Of a stretch of DNA of 64,000 nucleotides, positions 1 to 11,550 are shown one piece after another. Below the pieces are notes generated by a model. The model was not told where the DNA came from. It ran no database searches and was given only the letters and a program-made list of their open reading frames with translations. The stretch's first letter is position 1, and every line of letters starts with the position of its first letter. The stretch comes from Rhina ancylostomus (taxonomy: Eukaryota): the NCBI GenBank assembly GCA_030265395.1, contig JARFYF010000036.1:26099819-26163818 (forward strand), written 5' to 3'. A program made the position numbers and the translations under genes.

Positions 1-287
1 AGAATTAGAGGGTACCCATTTAGAACAGAGATGAGGAGAAATTTCTTTAGCCAGAGGGTCATGGATTTATGGAATTCTTTGCCACATACAGCTGTGGCAG
101 TCTGATCATTGGGGGTGTTTAAGGAGGAGATTGATAGGTATCTAATTAGTCAATGTATCAAGGGATATGGGGAAAAGGCTGGGAATTGGGGCTAAATGGG
201 AGAATAGTTTAGCTCATGGTGAAGTGACGGTGCAGACTCGATGGGCCGAATGGCCTACTTATGCTCCTTTGTCTCGTGATCTTGTGA
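1..287 (+). mobile_element. CR1-type LINE 3' end (ORF2 C-terminus and 3' UTR)
   Basis: Translates as RIRGYPFRTEMRRNFFSQRVMDLWNSLP...VFKEEIDRYL, the typical CR1 ORF2 end. Followed by the gatgggccgaatggcct 3' stem and a gtgatcttgtga tail. Confidence 0.85.
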
Positions 288-1479
288 ATTATGGGCCTAA
301 GTAGATGCTCTGAGCCTCCTTTCATGTTCCACCCCACTGAACAAAATGATCGTTCATTTTACACCACATGTTCTGGAACTTGGCTCCAAGTATCTCTCCC
401 ACTAACTTTAGTCATCTCTAATGCTAAAGAAAGAAAATTGCATTATGGTACAGGAGAACCATTGATACATCTAAACAGCAGCCTATCTGTGAACATATGT
501 CAGTGTTATTGCAAGTACACAAGCAATTCATTGCTTGCAACCTTGCTCAATGTGGGGGAGGATGCAAGTTCCTGTGGTCAGTTGTGACTGCAAGTCGTGC
601 GCTAGTTCTCAACATCAAAGTTTTCTAGTCCATTAAACCACAGTCACTGATTTTGCAGATAGCAAAATGTTTCTTTTAAATTGTAACAAAAATGTTTACA
701 AAGCAATTGTCTTTTGGTTGTACTTTATAAATATTGAAAAATATTAAAATACTTCTGTTTGAGATCTAGTTAAAGGTGTCCTGCTTTAAAACAGATGTAA
801 TATATTATTTTAATTATTCAATTAATAATTATAGGCATATTTCTGGTATATTAACATTTATATTGTGTTTTTTAAAAGGAAATTTGGAAAATCTAATGGC
901 AGTCAAGTAAAACATAAAAAATTGGCATTGAATCCACATAACGTGGTTTAGGTGGCCCATTGCATGAGAAAATCTAGAACTTCCTTCTGTAATCTTAAAA
1001 CCATCTTCTGATGGTTCTAAATCAGCAATAAGTAGCCAAAAAGCTGGAGAATAATTCAATAGTTATTCAAGTTCCATAATTTATGCAAGAATACTTGAGT
1101 TATTTCTGTACACAGATTTTGAACCAAACTATTAACAAATAACCAAACCAGCAATGAAATTATATTGAGGAACAGTTTTGGCCCAGAAGCCTTAGTAAGG
1201 CTATAAGTTTAATTTTTAAAACCATTTCTCACTTGAACCTACATGCTCCATTCAAGATGAATTATAGGTTTTGGAGAGAGTGTGACTCATGAATAGAAAT
1301 TTGAATGAACTATATATTAGCATTTAAATGTTGAACTAGTTTGATTTAAATTCTTGTGTTGACTGTTTTAAAAGTGCCATTCTCTAAAATTGTGAACAAA
1401 GAAAATTCACATCTGTTGAGTGTTGAGAAGCTATGTGACTCTGTCCCAAGGTAATAATCACTCCTTGTCCTCTCAACCC

Positions 1480-2920
1480 ATCCATAGTTTTGGACACAGT
1501 TTTTGATATGATCCTCTTCAAACACCCCCTGTGCTACCATCAAGCTGGGTGGACTGCACTTATCCAGTTCCGTTTTTAACCATCTGGTCATAACTGAAGA
1601 ACCAATTGCAATGGCATCCCTTCCTTCACACTCTCCTTCATCATTACCAATGGTGTTCTTCAAGGATTCATTCTTGTCCTCTTCCCATTGCTCATCCACA
1701 TATTTCATCTTGCAAACACTGTTCAAAACTGCAGACAAATTTGCCATTGTAATGCTGATGACACCCAGTTCTATCTCACTTCTGCCACTTCTTGACTGTT
1801 GTCTAAATTGTCAGACAATGGTCAGAATTGACCAACACCCAGAAATGGATCTCCAGGAATTTCCTCTAACCAAAGATTGGGAAGACCAAATCCTTTTGTC
1901 TTCAGTCCCTGTCACAAGCTTAATCTTCTAGCTACTGAAACCATTCCCTGGCTATTGCTTGAAAGTGAACCAGATAATTCACGACCTTGTCATCATGTTT
2001 GAAATCCTGAGGCACTTGCTGTCATCATTAATCAGACTGCTGGTCTCCGATTCTCTCTTCCCTCAACTCATCAGTTGTTAGAACCTTTTCATGAACTAAT
2101 TCTAGATTTGGCTGTGCCAACAATCACCTGATCTGCCGCCCCCTTTTATCCTCCATTAACTCGATCCACTAAAGCTTTGCTAACTACCATAAGTGACCTA
2201 TGTTAACAGTGCCCACATTTTAAAATTCTCATCCTTGTTTTCAAATCCCTCAGTGGTCTCATCCCTCCCTCCTTTTATCTGTAACATCCCACAGACCTCC
2301 AAGATTTCTGAAACTCTCTATCCCTAGTCTCTTATGCCTTCATACTTTTATCACTTCACCAACAAAGGCTGTCTTTTGGAGCTGCCTAGACCTTGAGCTC
2401 TGGAATTCTGAACAGCTTCACCTCCATAATTCTCTTTTCTCGTTTGATGTCCCTTGGGACTATCTCTTTGTAGAAACTTCTAGTCATCAGCTATCTATCC
2501 TAATATCTTGTATTTCATATTTTTCATATTTCCTTGTGACATAGACCCAAGGAGTCTATGCCAGTTCACTGACCAATGCCATCAATTCCATTCCACCTCT
2601 TATTTTGCTGAAACCACTTCTCCCTCACATTCATTAACTCCTCCCTGATTTTATAGTTGCTAATTAACCACCACGTTTTTGGGATGTGCAGGGAAACTGG
2701 AGCACCGAGGGGAAACCTGCATGCTCAAGGGCAATGTGCAAACTCCATATGCAGCACCTGAGGTCAGTATCAAAACCAGGTCACTGGAGCAGTGAGCAAC
2801 AACACTATCTGTTGCTCCATTGTACTGCCCATTGTAACTTGGTGTCAGATTTTGCTTGATAATGGTCCTTGAAAAAATCTTGTGGTATTTTATCACTTTT
2901 TAAAGTTACTTTGTATTCAT
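1480..2920 (+). mobile_element. Highly degraded L2-type LINE, interrupted by a SINE
   Basis: aatggtgttcttcaaggattcattctt (NGVLQGFIL) resembles the RT motif GVPQGSILGP. L2-like 3' sequence at about 2380-2500 and 2840-2920. Confidence 0.5.
2540..2830 (-). mobile_element. tRNA-derived V-SINE (HE1-like)
   Basis: tgggatgtgcagggaaactggagcacc...tgcaaactcca is the reverse complement of the V-domain; the head ends at ...actgccc. Confidence 0.7.
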
Positions 2921-3619
2921 GTTGCTATCCTTAGTCTGCATGCCTAAACCACTTTCTGCAATTCTGCATAGTTGAGAAGCATCATAGCTCTAGATTCTCA
3001 GTCACTTACTCCAAATGGATCCCAGATTATTATGGTATAATATCTCATGTTTACTTGAGAGATGCTTTAATGAATTCCTACCAACCATTTGATATTACAT
3101 TCAAATGTTAGTGGTCTGTGGCAAAATCTGAAGCAGAATCCAGTTCAGCATTTATTAGTGCGCTGCGGTGCATTGAAAAGGATTATGGACATGTTGAAGG
3201 TTTTTTTGTGTACTAATTAGGCGGTATACCAGCTACTTCTTTCCGCCAGCTGCAGCAAGCCACCTGTCCCCTGATTTCTCAGCAGAGACCAGTTGGAGGA
3301 GGGTGGGGTTTGGTATGTTAGTCTTGGTCAACTAACCAGAAAGAACTTCAATGAACTTCCTCCCCATTACAGTCTGTAATTCATTTGGCTGTGCTTAACC
3401 TTTCTTTTAATCTAAAAATTAAAGTGAAAATGGATTTTTCTCTGATGGGGAGGTTTTTGTTATGTGACAGAATGAAGCTCTTTATAAATACTGGAATACT
3501 TAATCCAACCAATATTTTTGGATGACTAGTGAAAGGTGATACTATTGTGATCGAGGGTTTGTATTGGCAAGATAGGTATAATTTGTGCCTAATTATAAGT
3601 TTAATGGCATCATAAGTAA

Positions 3620-3820
<201 letters not shown>

Positions 3821-4429
3821 TAAATTGAAAATGAGCTTTTTTNNNNNNNNNNNNNNNNNNNNNNNNNNNNNNNNNNNNNNNNNNNNNNNNNNNNNNNNCA
3901 TCTGTAATTATTTAAAATTGCTGAAAAAATGGTTAATGTATTGCTTACATGAAAATATCCTAAAACTTGCCTGTTATATGTCAATGATAAGAGTCCTTCA
4001 ATGACCTGCCATGCATTTAAAAAAAAATTACTTTTATCTTTAACTGCAATTTGATCACATCTTTACCTTAGGGAAGAGCAGAGACATTACAATTTTTATT
4101 TATGGCTAAATATTTTATCTACCGCTGATAGCAATGAGATTTTTGGACATTTAAAGTCTACATTAACCATCCAAACCTGGAAAATGAATGTATTAGCGCC
4201 TGATTTAATGCACAAATTTCATATAAAACATGAGGTAGATCATGTTAGCAATCATTTCCAGATAATTGATTTGTTAATAAACTAGTTTTCTTAATCAATG
4301 AACTTCTTTTCACATTGTTCTAGCAATGTTCTACCAAGTCCTTACTTGGTAATCCTGCCAATAGTTTTCCTCTTCATACATTATTAATAACCCACAATGC
4401 AAAACCTTTGGTTATAAATCTGTGAAAAT

Positions 4430-4560
4430 AAAAAAAAAGGCAGATGCTGCAAATCTGAAATAAAAACAGAAAATGCTTTAAACTCTCAGCAGGTCAGGCA
4501 GCATGTGTGGAAAGAGAAGCAATTAACGTCTCAGGTCAAAGCCCTTTGTCAGAACTGAGT
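4430..4560 (-). repeat. Penelope-derived terminal-repeat fragment with degenerate hammerhead motif
   Basis: gcagatgctgcaaatctgaaataaaaacagaaaatgct...ctcagcaggtcaggcagca, a family recurring many times in the window. The reverse complement contains CAGTT-CTGACAA-AGGGC-TTT-GACCT-GAGAC-GTT-AATTG. Confidence 0.6.
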
Positions 4561-5134
4561 TCTAAACCATTATAAATCTGTCTTTGATTCTGTACCAGTT
4601 CAATTCCTGATTCTACAGAAAATCCTGTTTAAAATGTTGGGCATACTCTTTGCAGAACTAACTTATTTCCTTGTACTTATTAGCATTCCTTGACATTGGG
4701 GATATAATACAATAGAAGGTCTTAAATTCCCTCTTTATTTTAGAGATTACTTCATCATAAAGCTGACCATCACTTCCTTTATTGATATACCAGCCTCGAT
4801 TCCAATCTAATTTACATATTAACTTAAAAATGAATTGTTCTTCCCTGTTGAACAAATAGTGAATAAATATTGACCTTGCTACCCAACAGCAGAATCAGTG
4901 GTTTGAATGTGTGCATTACTTAAATGGTCTGGAGTTCCAGTGTAGTTTAAACTCTGTTCCACCCATACCCACATCCATTCTGATATCACAGTGATCCATC
5001 TATAGCCACCTCAGCCTCCCATTCACTGCTGTTAACTGATGTACAATAATATTTGTAATAAACCAGCTGAAGAGAGAAACTTTCTCTTGGTAAAAAGTTG
5101 CTTGGCTGTGGGTAAGAGGCTTAAATGGAAGTTG

Positions 5135-6270
5135 AAAAGCAAGAAACAGCAGACACTGAAAATGTAAGAAAGAACCAGAAAATACTGGAGAATCCCGTCA
5201 GATCAGGCAGAATCTATGAAGGGAGAAAGAGAGTTTACATTTCAGAACAGGGAAAATGAAGAAATAATTGTGTTTAACATTTTATAGAGAGGGATGTATG
5301 GTGAAAAGGGCAATGCATGTGATTGGATGGAGACCAAGATTGTTTAGTGACACAAGTACTATTGATGTCATCTAAGAGGGAGTGTTAATCAGAGCTGTTC
5401 TGTCTGGAGGAGTAAAAATAAAGGACATAAATGAGGGCTCTGGAGAGAAAAAAATACAGAAGGAGTGCTGGAACTAGGGGTTGAGGTTAGTGAAAATTTC
5501 AGATGAAAGATGTTCATTGTTGAATCCTGAGAACTGCACCATGCCTAGACAGAAGGAAAGATGTTGTTCCAGCTAGGCACATCGCTGCTCTCAGGACTTG
5601 ATATTGAATTCAGCAGTTTCAGATATCTAGCCCTTTCTGTTTGTGTGAGAACTCGCCAGTTCTGATGAAAGATCATCCACTTGTAATAATGACTCATATT
5701 TTTCTCGCTCCACTGATATTGCCTGATCTGAGTAGTTCCAGCATTTGTTGAAAACCAAAAAAAAACTGCAGATGCTGTACATCTGAAATATAATACTGAA
5801 AATGATCAGCAGGCACCATCTGTGGAAAGAGAAACAGAGTTGACGTATCAAGCTGAAGAGCCTTTTTTGGATTTGAAACATTAAATCTGTTTCTCTTCTG
5901 AACACATGCTGCCTGACCTGCTGAGTGTTTCCAGCATTCTCTTCTAGATTTCCAGGAAGTGCCATGTTCTACTTGTCATGGCTCCAGTATTATTTTGTTT
6001 ACTGCCCTCATTTATCTCCTTCTATTTACACCCACCCAGGCAGTTCAGCAGTAAATTAATAACATTCATCACCCTACCTTAAATGATGTCAACTGCAATC
6101 TTGGTCTCCACCCAATCACAGATATTCTGGTTCTCTCCACCCCATCCACACTCAGAAACTTAAAACAATTGTTTTCTCATTTTTCCATTTCCAAAGAAAG
6201 ATCAACATAAAACATGAGTTTCTCTCTCTAAAGTTGCTGCTTGACTTGGTGTGTACCTCCAGCAGTCTCT
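5135..6270. mobile_element. Cluster of Penelope-like element fragments in both orientations
   Basis: Minus strand near 5510-5570 encodes EQHLSFCLGMVQFSGFNNE; plus strand near 5572-5625 encodes LGTSLLSGLDIEFSSFR. Both resemble the GIY-YIG C-terminus (LGTLQPxGLN). A palindromic terminal-repeat unit lies at about 5765-5945. Confidence 0.6.
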
Positions 6271-6767
6271 GTTAGTAAATGGAAATTTGCTGTCTTTGCT
6301 ATGGTTTGTGTATGGTTCGAAACTTGGCTCTCGCTGGGACAGGATGCCTCATACAGCAGTATGTTCTAATTAAAGGTCACAACTATAAATCCACACATTA
6401 GTTAGTTGGACTGTCCACAGAAATGGTTTCAGCCCTATTCTCTCATTTTCAGACATAAAACTGTATTTGTATAGGCTGCAGAACCGACATCTGATGTATT
6501 TTCAAGTTCTGCCAAATATACTAAACACAATAAGATACAAGAGGTGGTAAGAGCTAAGTAATTTAATAAAGAGTGGAGTCTTTTGTATGGCAAGAATTTA
6601 TAGATGGTAGCAGCAGCTGCTGCTGCTTAGCTTGACCAGAGTGATGTAAAGAATACTTTGGCCTATTTTTATTCCAGCCTTCAAACTTAAATGAAATTCC
6701 TAAATTGAAAATGAGCAAAAAGGCCATGTCGCTCCTCAGAAGAAATTAGAAAAAAGAAGGGAAAAAG

Positions 6768-6948
6768 CAAACTGCTGGAAGAATTCAGCAAATCAAGCAG
6801 CATCTGTGGAGGCAAAGGGATGGCCTGTGTTTGTCTTGATCTGAAACATTGATCATCCCTTTGCCGCCACAGATAATATCTGACCCCCTGAGTTCTTCCA
6901 GCACTTTGTTTTTTTTCTCCAGATTCCAGCATTTGTAGTCTCTTGTGT
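6768..6948. repeat. Palindromic Penelope-derived mini-element
   Basis: aaactgctggaagaattcag...tctgtggaggcaaagggatg is inverted-complementary to catccctttgccgccacaga...ctgagttcttccagcac. Confidence 0.65.
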
Positions 6949-7111
6949 CACCATAAAAGCAAACTTGTCTTTGGTTTTCCATTGTCTTCTAAGGTTTCCT
7001 GAAGAAAATCCTGTTGTTTTTATATCCATTCTCAGCCTATACAGTATCTATTGTCTGTGCTAAATTGCTTGATCTATTAACACTACAGTCAGTATTGTAA
7101 TTATATCCTTC

Positions 7112-7575
7112 AGGATATTGTGTTCAAGTTCCTTAACCTTCTAAGAAAGTTGAGACACTGATGTGCCGTCTTCATGGTTGCATCTATGTGCTTGGCCCAG
7201 GATAGTTCCACTGAGATGTTGACACCCAGGAACTTGAAGCTCCTCACCCTTTCCAACACTAACCCTTCAATGAGGATTGATGCATGTTTGCCTGACCTCC
7301 CCTTCCTAAAGTCCATAATCAGCTGGTTTTGCTGACGTTGAGTGCAAGGTTGTTGTTACGACACCACTCAACCATCTGCCCTACTTCACTCCTGTACACC
7401 ACCTCGTCACCATCCGTGATTCTGCCAACAACAGTGGTGTCATTGCCAAATCTGTAGATGGTGTTGGAGCTATACTTAGCCACACAGTCACAGGAATAGA
7501 GAGAATAGAGCAGGGGGCTAAGCACACAGCCCTGAGGTGAGCAGGTGTTGATGGTCATTGAGGAGCAGATGAGGT
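7112..7575 (-). mobile_element. Rex1/Babar LINE reverse transcriptase fragment
   Basis: ORFs SPQGCVLSPLLYSLYSCDC...RFGNDTTVVGRI...WCRNNNLALNVSKT and DFRK...FKFLGVNIS..LSW..H...AHQCLNFLRRLR. Confidence 0.85.
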
Positions 7576-8624
7576 TTTTGTGGTGAGTTTTTTTGACTGT
7601 GCTTTCCATTCCTTTTGAATATGTTACTCTAGTTAACCTGTTTGAACTGATTGCTGTAGAATTAAGTATTATTTTACCAGTCAGGGTTCTTCTCTTTAAG
7701 TTGAGCAANNNNNNNNNNNNNNNNNNNNNNNNNNNNNNNNNNNNNNNNNNNNNNNNNNNNNNNNNNNNNNNNNNNNNNNNNNNNNNNNNNNNNNNNNNNN
7801 NNNNNNNNTAAGTTGAGCAAGTTATTTCATAGTATATACCATACAAGGTGAATATCCAAGCAACACACTACAAAAATAAATCCTCATAACAACCTAACTT
7901 TGTTACTTGATGCAGTCTCATGTTAGTTTCCATCAAAAGTCTTCTGAGTTCAATTTCTTCTTTAGCTGGCACTAATTTAAAGAATGGGGGAAAAATAACT
8001 ATTTACAATTTATAAGCAGCAACTACTTATCCTAAAAAAGGCACTGCTGGAAGTGTAGAGCATTGCTGGATGAAGTATTTCTCTGAAGCCACGTGCATTC
8101 TGGTGTTTCTGATTCACTGTTAGGTCCTGTTGTATGAGGAAGTAATAAGTCAATGAGAGAATGCAGTGTTACTTGGTGTAAGGTTATCTTGCATGTTATA
8201 GTTATTGTAATAGGAGCAGAGAAATTTCCTCTCAAAACACAAAAGACAGATTATACTGTAGAGATAAAAATTGATTTAAACCAGGTTACAGCAGTATTGC
8301 TTTCGTTTCTGGTTATCTTAGCGCCCAGTGGGAAACTTGAGCCCTGGCGGTTTAGAAGGAATTTCATTTGTTCATCTTTTTTTTCTGATGTCAGACATTC
8401 CCAAACTGAAGACAACAATAGTGCAACAAAATCGCAACATGATTTTCAACCTCATTGGTCTGAAAAACAACCAATTTTTGCTTAATCTCAGAACAACCAG
8501 CATTTACTAATCCTCTTTCTCCTGAAACCAACACTCTAATTTCATTTGCTGTTCTACCTGAAATAGTCATAGAGAGGTACAGCATAGAACCAGGCCCTTC
8601 GGCCCACCTAGTTCTGAAACTTGA

Positions 8625-9180
8625 TGGGGAGAGGCTTCTGAGATGAATCACCCTCATCTGTGATAACGAGGACATGCCAGGAGACTTCAAACATGCCATA
8701 ATCATGACCATCATCAAGAAGGGTAACAGCCCTGATTTCAGTAGCTGGTGGGATCGACCAGCTACCTACCACTGGGAAAGCCATTGTAAGGGTCCTCCTC
8801 AACTACCTCCTCTCAGTGAACAAAGAACCACTCGCAAATCATAGTGTGAATCCCATCCATCATGTGATGCAACTGACACGATGTTCAACACTTAACACCC
8901 CAAGAAAAATACAAAGAGCATCCTCAAACATTTTTGATTTTATAAAAGCCTTCAATCATGTCAACTGAGGGACAATGGACAATACTTTCAAATTTGACTG
9001 CCTTCAAAAATTTGTGTCCATTCCACACCTACTACACAACATCACGCAAACTGTAGTTCAAACAAATCCATCACATACCAATCCCAGGGTAGTCAAACAA
9101 GTCAGCGTCATTGCTATAGCCCTCTTGCCAATCTTCCTTGTCACAATAGTGCACTTCAACTACAATGGTGCACCTTGCCT
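8625..9180 (+). mobile_element. Degraded RTE-clade LINE fragment
   Basis: gacttcaaacatgccataatcatgaccatcatcaagaagggt (DFKHAIIMTIIKKG), then ...ctcctcaac and ...tttgattttataaaagccttc (FDFIKAF); RTE-type RT domains with frameshifts. Confidence 0.6.
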
Positions 9181-10809
9181 CTAGGATTTTGCATTATGAT
9201 CAGCACTGCTTTTGGGTCATCTGAAAAAATGAACACTCGTTTCCACACTGCCTCGGATTAATGCATGAAATACAAATCTGAAGTCTAAATTATCATGAAT
9301 AATAAATTTGAAATTGTACTTTGTTTGCTCATAGTTAGCATCAATTATCTTGTTATTGTAGTACATATGTCTCCAATAACTTGTTCTAGTTCCCTAATTC
9401 CTTTTCAACCCACCCCCAAGTACTCTCAAGGATCACTATTTGCTGCTGCAATTTACATAATGTTAAAAGTGAAAATTCTGCTTGGAGATTCCAATAACGT
9501 TGCATGACTTCAGAATGCATCTGTGAGGACAAACTCATAGCAGAGGCAAAAGCACAAGGGACATCCTCAGTAGTCATTATTCCAGGACCCCCTTTATAGA
9601 TACAAAAGATCAATGCTGCGCATGAAGATCTGTCGTAGCTATCTCTGCTTTACCAGAGAGAATGCCACAGTTATCCCATCTGCTCTAGTGTACCCTACAA
9701 GGAACATTAAGAGCAGGAATGCCTCCTGTTGTATCCATGGAAATTTAGAATTGATATCTAGTCCTTTCCAACCTTTGCTAGGGTCTGCTGCAAATTGGTT
9801 GGCCTCCAGTGCTCCTGTATATCAATTAATCAATAGGGTGACACAGTGAATCTATCTACACTTGATCTTCAACTTATTCTGAGAGCCTTACATTCCAGGT
9901 TACTAGAGTAGATGTTTAACCAAATTTCATTTATCAATAAAATTCAGCACGTTTTTCTAAATATTTTACATATGTTATAGAATCATAGAAACATACAGCA
10001 GAGAAACAGGCCCTGTCGACCCGTCTCATCCACGCGGACCATGATCCTATCTACACTGATTCGATTTGCCCCGACTGGATCCGTATCTCTCTATGTTTTG
10101 CTGAAAAAATGTTGCCATAGTTGCCCTTGTGGGTCATCAGCAATTACCATCGAACAACTCTGTCCTCGGGCACACTGCTACTGCTGCCCACTGATTCTAC
10201 ACTTGCCTTCCCTCAGCCTCACCCTGGCAACCTTCTTTTCTCTGTCCCTACTTTCTCACCAAGCACTGCCAACTCCCCTCTCAAACCATAGCCCACAGTC
10301 TCTTTGAAGTTATAGCCTATGTGTGCACTATGCAGATGAACAACACATATGTTAGAAAGAGTTATTATAGAAGTTGAGGACTTTAAAAAAGTTAAGTTTC
10401 ATTGAAGAGCTTTTGATTTTGCTTATTTAAATATATTAACCAGTAATTGCATTTTCATTTCAAAATAGTCTCATGGGATGCACCAAAGTTACTTATCAGC
10501 AGACGGCTATTCTGTCAGTATGGCATCACCATATGGCTGTTCTTGAATTTTATAGCAATTAGAATATATTAATTTTTATCACTCCATATGCTAGATTTAA
10601 TTCATTTCCAATCCTATATATCTTACTATAAAATCTGTTGAAGTTATTACGCTGAAGTGTGACAGTTATTGGGCCTTTGGGTGCTTTAGTACCATTCATG
10701 GTAAACCTAGTGATATATCAGTCCAACTATTACCTATTTATTCCAAATTTCACTCCAAGAAACTATATGTAACAAAAGGATTGTAAGTTAAAGCAAACTA
10801 GCAAGCATC

Positions 10810-11550
10810 AGAACATAAGAAATAGAAATAGGAATATGTCACATGGCACTCAATCCTGCTCCATCACTCAGTAAAATTATGGTTGATCTGATCTTGCCTT
10901 CAACTCCATTTTTCTGACTGTTCTCCATAAACAATGAATCCCCTAAAGTCCAAATATGTGTCAATCATCTAAGCTTTGAATATATTCAATGGCATATGCT
11001 TCCAATAATTTGTTCCAGTTCCCTAATTCTTTTCAACATCACCACCCCCCAGTACCCCCAGAATGGCCTAGGTTAGAGAAATCCCAAGATTCATGGCCCT
11101 CTGAAGAAATTATTCATCATCTTCTGTTTAAATTGGCAACTTCCTTGTTCAGAAGCTATGACTCTAGTTCTAGTTCCCTCCTCCCCATGAGAGAAAACAT
11201 TTTCTTAGCATCTACTGTCCTAACTCCTTGGGAATCTTGTATCCTTCATTAAAATCACATCCCATTCTTCTGAATTTCAGTAGGGAAAGGCTCAGTTTTT
11301 TTATCCTTTCCTCTTAAGGCAATCTCTTCGTATCAGATATCATTCCAGTAAACATTCTCTGAACAGCTTCCTGCTTAAGTCAGGAAACCAAAACTGTACA
11401 CAGCATACAGCACTCCAGGTATGGCCTCACGTACACCCAGAACAGTTGTAAGACTTCTTTGCCTTTGTACAACATACCCCTTGCATTCAAGGCTAATATT
11501 CCATTTGCCTTTCTAGTTATTTGCCTCACCTGAATGCTAAGTTTGTGATT
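10810..11550 (-). mobile_element. CR1 LINE 3' portion
   Basis: Begins with the reverse-complement tail agaacataagaaatagaaatagga...; ccaaaactgtacacag...ctccagg is the antisense of the LEYCVQFW coding region. Confidence 0.7.

Noticed and set aside
1346-1747. 133-aa acidic minus-strand ORF as a gene
   Set aside because: It is largely the antisense reading of a degraded L2-like RT on plus.
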